Below are positions 50,418 to 64,000 of a stretch of 64,000 nt of DNA, piece after piece. The stretch is from Salpingoeca rosetta (taxonomy: Eukaryota; Protista; Choanoflagellata), in the NCBI GenBank assembly GCA_033442325.1, contig JAWQFM010000006.1:2087386-2151385 (forward strand). Reading direction: 5' to 3'. How positions within the stretch are numbered: position 1 is the stretch's first letter; the number at the start of each line of letters is the position of its first letter. Position numbers and translations under genes: made by a program. The notes beneath the pieces were generated by a model that worked only from the letters and a program-made list of their open reading frames with translations, had not been told where the DNA came from and made no database searches.

Positions 50418-53400
50418 GTGAGCTTATGTGGCGGTCGAATCGAGCCTAACACCCAGTGGAGCAGACATGTGGGTGTGTACACTGTACACTGTACACAGTA
50501 CACAGAACGAGGCGCGAACCTGCTTCGAGCCTATCGTATGAATGAAGGGTTTGGAAGTAAAACGGGAGCCACATATGAACAGCGTAGCTGTGCAAGCGTG
50601 GATGTCGCGATAAGCGAGAGCACGTGAGTTGATGACATGACATACACACCCGATGAGCAGGCAAGAAAAAAGGAAAAGGGGAAGTGGAGTGGCAGGCACT
50701 CACCCACACTCACTCACCCACAGACATGTACACACCCACCCACAGACATGTACAGACATGTACACACATACACATGCACGCATGCACACATGCACACACA
50801 CACACATGTACACATACCCCCCCCCCCCCCACACACTGACCGAATCATATTTACAAAGCAGTAGATGGCACCAAGAGAGAGGAGGTGGGGCAGTCGTAAC
50901 ACCTGCCGCAACGTCAGCTCATGGCTCTTGTGCATACTCTCCAACACATAAACCTCACCCTCACTCTCACTCTCCTCATCCGTGCTCGCTCCAATGTCAC
51001 CAGACAGAAACCCATCTGCCTTCATCAACAGCTTGCGGACAACACCGTGCGCACTCTGCATCGCACCATCAGTCGACCATCCCTCCCCCATATCATCATC
51101 GCCACCCAAGCTGCTGCGGACAGACTCAAGCATTTCGCCGCCTGTAGCGCTGTGATGACGCGAAACAAGATGCGTGGTTGCTGGGTTGTGCACGTGGCGT
51201 GCTCGCGTCTCGGCTGCTGCCGCCGCTGCTGCTGACGTCAATGACGACGACTGCGGCATGGCTGGCAGGGAGCGGTGCAGCGGTATCTGTGAGCCATCAT
51301 CGCGCCACGAAGAGTCACTGTGGTCCACAACGGCTGGGCTGTGTCGCTCTGATAGCGGGTCGCCGTAGCTGTGATGCAAATACATGGGCGTGGTGGCGGC
51401 GGTCGTGGTGGTGTGAGACGGGCTTGACCGACCGTTGCTGCTGCTCATGATGGTTGTGGTGGCGCTGGTGTTGTTGCTGGTGTTGCCGGTGCGTGTTCGC
51501 CTGCCCTTGACATTCAGGCCGCGTGATGCCCACTGTTCACTGCCACTGCCACTGCTGTTGGTGGTGGATGGCGCGTGGGGCTGTGCAGGGTACGAGTGGG
51601 AGAGTGGCATGCCATGTGCCCGTGATGGACCCGGTGCTGACGATGACGATGATGGCGGTTGCTTCGTTGGCGTCGCGGACAGGGAGTGTGAGTGTGATGA
51701 TGTTGTTGAGGGGTGTGGCTGGGGAGATGGCAGTGCTGTGGAGGTGCTTGCTGCGCCCATGGTGAGTGGTCCCGCTGCTGTTGTTGGGGGCGGTGGGTAT
51801 GGGGTCGAGGGCATGAGGGTTGATGACGACGTGGTGGGAGGTGGCGGCATGGCAGCTGGTAACGGCGATGGTGCAGCAGACGTCTTTGCCTTTGTTTCCC
51901 TCGAGGAGGAGGAAGAAGAGGAAGACAGAATCGTCGTCGTCGTCGGTGCTGGTTGTGCGAGTGCGTGTGCGTGCGCCCGTGTGCGTTTGTGTCGGTCGCG
52001 CGGGTATGAGGAGCGGCCCGCACGTGTTGCTGACGGCGGCGGCGGTGGTGGCGAGATGGGGTTGATGAACGTTGTGCTGGATGGCATGCGCAGGAGACGC
52101 AGCACTAGCGCACCGACAGCGGCAGCGATGATGGCAGGGACGATGAAGACGTGTCGCCAGCCAAGCACGCCCCGGAACCACACGGCCATGGCCGTGGCCA
52201 GCAGCTGTCCAACAAAGAGGGAGCTTCCCCACACCCCCAGCTGTGTTGCTTCGCCGCGCCCAGAGTGCCTTTGCATCCAAGGGAGGAGGGGGGGGGGTGT
52301 GTGTGTGCGTGTGCGTGGTGGTGGTGGTGGTGGTGGTGGTGGTGGTGGTGTGTGTGTATGTTAAGGTGGTGGGCGCAAGCAAATCCGAGGCAAGACAGAT
52401 AGGTGGATGAAAAAGCAGGGAGGCAGAGGCAAGCAGGAATGCAAACAAGACTGACAGAGTAATGCAGGCGTGCGTGCACACAGACAGACAGACAAACACA
52501 CACACACACGGACGGACGGACAGACAGACAGACAGACAAACACACACACACACACACACACGGACGGACGGACAGACAAACACACACAGACACACACACA
52601 CACACACACAGGCAAACAGACACAGACACACACACACACACACAGAGACGCTGCCATGGTCTTGGTATCTTCTTGCATTACATACCATGTGCTGAGAGCC
52701 TTCACACAGGACGGCATGATGACGGACTCCAAAGCACCCGACAGCATCAGCACAAGCATGTACAGGAAGTAGCTATGCCACCACCCGAAGGTGAACATCA
52801 GCGCACTCGCCCCTGGCACGCGCCCAAAAGCAGCGACATGACATGTCATTAGTGGTGTTGGAACATAGTAGCGTGAGTATAATCGTGTGCGTGTGAGCGT
52901 GTGTGTATGTGCGTGTGTGAGCGTGTATGAGCGTTTGTGTATGTGCGTGTGTGTGTGCGAGGGACAAGAGGAACGTGGGAAGCACAGATGAACACAGCAG
53001 GGGTGTGTGTGTACACGTGACAGTGGCAGCATGAGATCGCAGCGTACCCAGCAGTGCAAGCCCGATGGCTTTGCGTGGGCCAACACGGTCTATCCTGGAG
53101 CGCAGAGCCACTTGTGTAACGGCAAACGGGAAGAGAAGTGAAAAGTCGAGCCAGCCCATGCGAGGAAGGGACACCTGACGATTGGGTGGAGGTGCAGTAG
53201 GAAGGGGTGGGGGAGGGGGGCAACAGGGCGTGGGTGTTGGTGAAAAGGTGATGAGACAGACAGATGGCGCAGCGCGGGATCAGACAGCCCTAACAGAGAG
53301 ACGGAGACAGAGGCAGAGGCAGAGACAGAGACAGAGACAGAGGCAGAGGCAGCGACACACACACACACACACACAGACAGACAGACATACATACATACAT

Positions 53401-53469
53401 ACATACATACATACATACATACATACATACATACATACATACATACAGACAGACACAGACACAGACACA

Positions 53470-53518
<49 letters not shown>

Positions 53519-53872
53519 GCATGCTGGTGGCCATGTCGCCTTTGATCACGCTGATGGGCTTTTGCAGCAGCTGCACTGCCGCGTGCGCCGCAAAGGTCAG
53601 CAGAAAGCATCGCAGGTAGAGGTGGCTGCGCCGGGACCGTGCACCCACTGTGGAAGCAGACAACAGCCAGCCAAAACAGGGCAGCATCGAGGGCACGCAT
53701 GCAGTGAGAACGAGCCTGTTGCATGATCCATGCACACCAGCCGCGATCAACGTGCATTTCCAAGGTACTGACTGCTGCAATCCACCCACCACCCAATGTC
53801 TCTCGTGCAACACAGCCACTTACAGAGAGCCCAGAACCGAGCGACGAGCTGCCTCACTTTGGAGCGCACCAT
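49159..53872 (-). CDS. MFS transporter, SLC37/GlpT (organophosphate:Pi antiporter)-like, with a very long central loop
   Basis: Spliced MVRSKV...[22 protein letters not shown]...[13 protein letters not shown]...DRVGPRK...[10 protein letters not shown]|H...[11 protein letters not shown]...GWRHVFIVP ... VNMIR|[11 protein letters not shown]...AG|[14 protein letters not shown] ... [14 protein letters not shown]|AP. Stop at 49159. Confidence 0.85.
53385..53446. repeat. (CATA)n tetranucleotide microsatellite, intronic
   Basis: Directly visible. Confidence 0.9.
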
Positions 53873-54377
53873 CACCAGCGCGTGGATGTGTGTGTGTGTG
53901 TGTGTTTGTGTTGTGGGAGAGTTGGTTTCAGGGCACACACACAAACCCACACACACACACCAGTTGTGTTGGAAGCACTCACGGTGTGCTGGTTTGGTGT
54001 CTTGCTTGACAATCTTCTCTTTTTTTGGACGACGTTTGTGTTGTTGTTGGCCGTGACAGTTGTTGTGCACACACGGCAGTGGCTTGCCTCTCCTCCCTCG
54101 TCGCTCTTTCACCCTCACCGCAGCCACTCTCATACATCACTGACATCACTCCCGTCACTTCCACAAATACTTGCACTCACCCACAGGGTGACGGGTTGCG
54201 TGGTTGGAGGGCTGCTTCCCATATCATTGTAATGTTCATCCATCATTCCAGCATCATCATCCATGAAACGATGGACGCCACACACAGAGAGGAAGGAACA
54301 AGGGGCACAACGCAGCAACAGCGTGACGGAACAGCACAACAACACCACACACAACAAGAGAACGATCAAGGGTCCGT

Positions 54378-56106
<1,729 letters not shown>

Positions 56107-56224
56107 TCACGCGTGTGAGCGGCCAAAAACGCACATTACCTCCATTTTGAGCCATCAGCAAATTTTCCCGCTGACAGCTGCAGCCTACATCCTCCACTGT
56201 TATCCACCATACTAGGGGCTCTTA

Positions 56225-56798
56225 ATGCGCACTAGTCACACAACGCAGCGGGTAGAGGGGGCTTCTGTCGCGCGCTTGCTCTTGCTTCAGCACCAGCGGG
56301 GGCTTGTGTGGCGGCGGGTGGAGAACAAACACAACAACATTCAAAGGCAGCAGCGCAACTGCATCACGCAACCAGCAGATCCCTCCTTGTCACCCACAAC
56401 AAGGTAACACAAAAAGTACGCACGCAGACAGAGAGTGTGTGCGAGGCGAACAACGCCAGCTGCCGCACACACGCAAACAACCAACCACCAAACAGCAACC
56501 AACGGCAACCAACAGCAACCTCTTTTCCTCCTCGCTTCCTCTCCTTCACATTCGCTTCGTTCAGTCACGTTCAGTCATCCTATTGCTGTCCTCTCTCCGC
56601 CTCACCACCGTCTTGCTGTCCAGGCGTGTGCTGTTCTCTCACAACCCAAGCAAAGTGCAGGGGGTCCTCCCGTTGTGTCCAGGTAGCCAAAATCCAAGCA
56701 GCGCCAGTAGCAGCCACGCCATTCCCAGCCTCCCTGGTGTGCTGGTCATAAGCAGTGCTGAAGGGCCGCGTGATGTTTGCCTTGCCTTCCTTCTCTGA
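56225..56798 (+). promoter_or_regulatory. Putative spliced upstream ORF (117 aa) overlapping the bZIP start out of frame; 5'UTR intron 56404-56623
   Basis: ATG 56225, donor AG|GTAACA at 56404, polypyrimidine tract + CAG| at 56623. The spliced frame is stop-free to TGA 56796-56798, past the main ATG at 56773. Confidence 0.4.
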
Positions 56799-59166
56799 GG
56801 CTGGCAATGGCTCTGGTGCAGGCAAGGGCGGCGGCGGTGGCGGTGGTGGTCGTGGTGGTGGACAACAACAACAACCACAGCAACAACAGCCACAACAACA
56901 ACAGCCACAACAACAGCCACAACAACAACAGCCGCAACACCAGCAGCCACAGCACCAACAGCAGTCGCAGCAACAGGATCTGCAGCAGCTGCTGCAACAG
57001 CAGCAGCGCAACCTGCAAGAACAACTCCAACAGCTCCAGCAACAGGAGCTGCAACACCAGATCCACCAGCAACAGCAGCGCCACATGCAGCAGGGCCAAG
57101 TACAACAACAGCTCCAACAGCAACGCCAGCAACTACAACAACAGCAACAGCAGCTACACAGTCAACAGCAGCAGCAACAGCACCACGTACCACCACCACC
57201 TGCACCCAGCACGCAAGCACAGCATTCGCCACCCACACGTCGAACACACTCGCTCTATCCTCAGCACCAACAACAGCACCAACAACAACAACAGCACCAA
57301 CCACAACAACAGCACCAACCACAACAACAGCACCACCACCAACAACAGCAACAACAGCAACAACAGCAACAACAGCAACAACAGCAACAACAGCAATCCA
57401 AACCGCAGCAGCAGCCAGTGCAGTCCACTGCCGCCCCTTGGAATGTGCCCATCGATGGCGAAGATGACTTCAGCTGGCTCGCAGATCTGGCACAGCCAGA
57501 GACATCCAACTTGTTCTCCGAGTTTGCGCTGCCCTCACAGGAACAGCAGCAGGAGCAACGGCGGCATGAGCAGGAGCTACAGCAGCAGCGCCACCACCTC
57601 ACCCAGTCCTTCACCCTGGGCCTCTCTGCGCCGCTGGTGCAGGAAGCCGCCAGCACATCTCCCCTCAATGCGGTGTCGCCGTCCCAGCTCTTCGCCTCCG
57701 CTCCTGGACCCTCCTCCTCCTCCAGTCTTGGACCCAGCAGCAGCAGCGCCACCCACAGCAGCTTGTTTGGCCGGTCAGCACAACACGCCCTCCAGCAGCA
57801 GGCCGCACAGCTCGGAGGGTTTGGCGGCGGTATGATGGGGCTGGGCATCGACAATGCTCCAACACAGTCCGCATCATCCGCCCTCTCTGACACTGCTGCA
57901 CGCCACACCCACCACCACCAACACCAACAACAACACCATCGACACCAACAGCAACACCAACAGCAACACCAACAGCACCGCCAGCGCCAGCGCCAACAAC
58001 ACCCAATGCGCGTGTCCAGTTTGTTTGGAAGCAGTACCACGTTATCGCGACAGCTGCCATTGCAACCCAGCACCACCGCTGCTGCTGCCGCCGCCACAGT
58101 GTCCTCATCCTCGTATGCGGGAATGGGCGGACGCGGCGAGCGCAACCCTCACGCCGCCGCCAACGACTTCTTCGCAGGCCTCCCGCCCCCGCACATGGGC
58201 GAGCAGGACGACATGGAGCCCCAGCAGCAGGCGCCGTTCGACATGCACCTGTGGCAGGACCTTGGCGGGGACCAGTCGCAATCGCAGCGGCCTGTGCTTG
58301 ACATGCAGCTGCCCGTCCTCAACGACGACCCCGTCCCGGACTTCCTCTCCGAAACGCCAGACCCGATCCCGCTCACGTTTCCTGCAGAGGATGACCAGGA
58401 CTGGGCGCTGGATGACGACTACCTTGGCGGCGGCGTTGGCGACGCCGCGCTCAACCCGGGGCACCCGCCCATCAAGGCCGAGGCTGTGGTTGATTCACAG
58501 GCCATCAGCCACCTCTACACAACGTCAAACCAGCACCAGCAGCAACAGCAGCACCAGCAGCACCAGCAGCAACAGTCGTTCCACCAAGGCTTCAAACCGC
58601 CATCGACCGCAGCTGGTGGCAACGGCATGCAGCCGTCTGCACTCTTCCCTTCGTCCAATTCCTCCTCCGCCCACCATAACCAGCAGCAGCACCAGCAGCA
58701 GCACCACCACCGCACGTCGTCGTCCACGTACACGCACGCGTCGTTATCCACGTCAACAGCGGCGGCGGAGAGCCCACGGTCGCGCACGAGTAGCTCAGAT
58801 GGCAGCAACGCGGGCGCGGGAAACGGAGGTGGCGGGTCTGATTCCTCCCGCAGCAGCCGGCGGCGGCGCCACCGCAAGCGCAAGCTGGCGAGCGAGCTGT
58901 CTGCAGACGAGCTGGCGAAGACGCGGGAGATTAACAGGTTGGCGGCACAGCGGCACCGCGCCATTGCAAAGGCTCGGCGGCAGCAGAAGCAGTCCCGGTT
59001 CAAGCAGCTGGAGGTGCGCAACCAACAGCTGCGGGACGAGGTGAAGGACATTGCCGCCGAGCTCAAGACTTTGCGGCGGCTGGTGGTGGAGATGTACGGG
59101 CCAGGCGGTGCCCGCGCACTCTCGTTCCTGCAGTCAGGTTCAAACGACCCGTACCTCGGCCTCTGA
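56773..59166 (+). CDS. Gln-rich bZIP transcription factor, ATF4/ATF5-like, single-exon CDS
   Basis: First in-frame ATG at 56773. C-terminal bZIP KTREINRLAAQRHR...FKQLEVRNQQLRDEVKDIAAELKTLRRLVVEM resembles ATF4 (KKMEQNKTAATRYR...CKELEKKNEALKERADSLAKEIQYLKDLIEEV). Also acidic-aromatic activation-like patches and an IKAE SUMO consensus. bZIP is confident; the subfamily is tentative. Confidence 0.85.
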   Translation: MFALPSFSEAGNGSGAGKGGGGGGGGRGGGQQQQPQQQQPQQQQPQQQPQQQQPQHQQPQHQQQSQQQDLQQLLQQQQRNLQEQLQQLQQQELQHQIHQQQQRHMQQGQVQQQLQQQRQQLQQQQQQLHSQQQQQQHHVPPPPAPSTQAQHSPPTRRTHSLYPQHQQQHQQQQQHQPQQQHQPQQQHHHQQQQQQQQQQQQQQQQQQQSKPQQQPVQSTAAPWNVPIDGEDDFSWLADLAQPETSNLFSEFALPSQEQQQEQRRHEQELQQQRHHLTQSFTLGLSAPLVQEAASTSPLNAVSPSQLFASAPGPSSSSSLGPSSSSATHSSLFGRSAQHALQQQAAQLGGFGGGMMGLGIDNAPTQSASSALSDTAARHTHHHQHQQQHHRHQQQHQQQHQQHRQRQRQQHPMRVSSLFGSSTTLSRQLPLQPSTTAAAAAATVSSSSYAGMGGRGERNPHAAANDFFAGLPPPHMGEQDDMEPQQQAPFDMHLWQDLGGDQSQSQRPVLDMQLPVLNDDPVPDFLSETPDPIPLTFPAEDDQDWALDDDYLGGGVGDAALNPGHPPIKAEAVVDSQAISHLYTTSNQHQQQQQHQQHQQQQSFHQGFKPPSTAAGGNGMQPSALFPSSNSSSAHHNQQQHQQQHHHRTSSSTYTHASLSTSTAAAESPRSRTSSSDGSNAGAGNGGGGSDSSRSSRRRRHRKRKLASELSADELAKTREINRLAAQRHRAIAKARRQQKQSRFKQLEVRNQQLRDEVKDIAAELKTLRRLVVEMYGPGGARALSFLQSGSNDPYLGL

Positions 59167-60245
59167 TGGCGCTGGCGATCATGGCTGTCGGTGGAGTGTG
59201 TGTGGGTGTGTACGTGTGTGTTTGTGTATGTGGATGCATGTGTGTACACTGATGTGTGTGCGTATGTTCGTTGATGTGTATGTGTACACTAGTGTGTGTT
59301 TGTGTATGTTGATGTGTATGTCAGTGATTGAGCGAAAGCTACGGTTTCTTTTCTTTCCGTTTTTGTGGCTGGTATCGCCGTGCATGCTGTTGCTGCTGTT
59401 TTCTTTGTTAGGTGTGCTCGTTATGCTCCTGTTACGATGTTGCGCATGCGACGGTCTGTCCCTCCCCCCTCGATCGTCCTGTACACTTGTCTTTTCTTGC
59501 CTTTGTCATGTTCCTTTTTTTTTTTTTCGTGACCCAAACTAGCCGCATCACCAAGATCACGCTTCTTACTCGTCCGGCTTTTCTCTCGCTTGCTTCTCTC
59601 GCTTGCTTCATTGCTCGTGGTGCCATTTGGTTCTTCGTGTCCCATTCGTTAGCTCTCTCTCTCTCTCCTCTCTTTTTCACGACCTTGTGTCTCTCTCTCT
59701 CTCTCTGTCGCTCTCGTCGGTCGCACTTGTGCACCCTTTTTGGGTTTCCCGTCCCATCGCTGTGACGTGTGTTACATTCGCTTGTAGCTGTTTGCATTGG
59801 CTGCGCATGCATGCATGCATGCGTGGCTTTGCGTGCATGCGGCTGGTTCGTGTGTGGTTGTTCGTTGTTCAGACTTGGGTTGTTGTGGCATTTGCCATCC
59901 AGTCTTGTGCTGCTCGCTCGCTGTGCGTGAGGTCCTTGCACCAGCACTCCGTGCCCCTCCTCCTTCCCTCGTGGCCCTTTGCGTGTTCAGTCAGCATGTG
60001 TAATCAACAACAACGCGCTTACACACACAGCTGTTTGCAACCATGCTCTCCTCTCCTGTTAGCGTCTGTGAGTGTGTTGTGTGAATGTGTTGTGTGAATG
60101 TGTTGTGTGAGTGTGTGAGTGTGTGTTTTGTTGTCATTGTCGTGTGTGATGTGCACAGTACTGTTTCGCTGCGTTATCGCCAACTGTTATGCACCTCACC
60201 CCTTTGTAATGAAACGAACCCACTTTACCAAGCACCCGCAAGCAA

Positions 60246-60326
<81 letters not shown>

Positions 60327-60857
60327 TGTGTAAGGTGGGGGTGACACTACATCGAGCTATTTGACTTTCTGTCTAATCCATCGAAACACACACCATGCTA
60401 TGCTGATGAGGGCGGCGCACGATTCACGCAAAGGCGCAAAGAAACGAACGAACAAACAAACGACTAGTGATAAACTGTCCCGCACAATCTGACTGACATG
60501 AATAGGCATGCAACGCATCTGGCTGGCGAACCAAACAAAACTCTATCAACTAACACTTCAGCGCTTTCACAACAAAGACAGAAATGGACGAGAAGAAACA
60601 ACAAGAAAATGCTCGTGGAGTGGAAAAGCAAGGAGTAACACACGACGTAACGTGACCTCTCACAACACTCAACAGCAAGTCAGCAGAGGGTCAGGCCAGC
60701 CGGTAAAGATACAAACATGGATGCACCCAGACACAGACACACGAACACGACACACACACACATACACAAGTGCCAACACACACACACACAGACACACGAA
60801 CACGACGCACGGACGTACCCACACAGACCCACCCCCCCACCCACACAGAGCAAGTGG

Positions 60858-64000
<3,143 letters not shown>

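Noticed and set aside
56357-56367. CTGCATCA as an ATF4/C-EBP (AARE) autoregulatory site
   Set aside because: It mismatches the TGATGxAA core and is too short to be meaningful.

Overview
Intron-rich eukaryotic genomic DNA. Almost every intron carries (CA)n/(GT)n microsatellites and many exons carry poly-Q tracts. Gene content and style point to a choanoflagellate, most likely Salpingoeca rosetta (inference). I assembled 14 protein-coding genes by hand from splice sites and reading-frame phase. In order: SCAP (-, runs off the left end), ZNHIT2 (+), a GOLM1/GOLIM4-like type II membrane coiled-coil protein (-), an FRMD4A/B-like FERM protein (+), a bacterial-type uncharacterised protein with many introns (-), MED8 (-), TUSC2 (+), a large secreted EGF/CCP/TSP1/LamG/PAN mosaic protein (-), TMEM67/meckelin (-), PP6 catalytic subunit (+), an SLC37/GlpT-like MFS transporter (-), UBA52 (-), an ATF4-like bZIP factor (+) and a low-complexity coiled-coil protein (-, runs off the right end). 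Ten of the 14 genes sit in five compact head-to-head pairs, and there are three assembly gaps. Best leads: (1) a spliced uORF overlapping the bZIP start out of frame, an ATF4/ISR-type architecture; (2) a probably horizontally acquired gene, now intronised and including a GC-AG intron; (3) SCAP with Asn at the regulatory Asp428 position; (4) structured-RNA candidates in two introns; (5) X-box candidates at TMEM67. All orthology calls rest on remembered human or bacterial sequences compared by eye; no database search was run.
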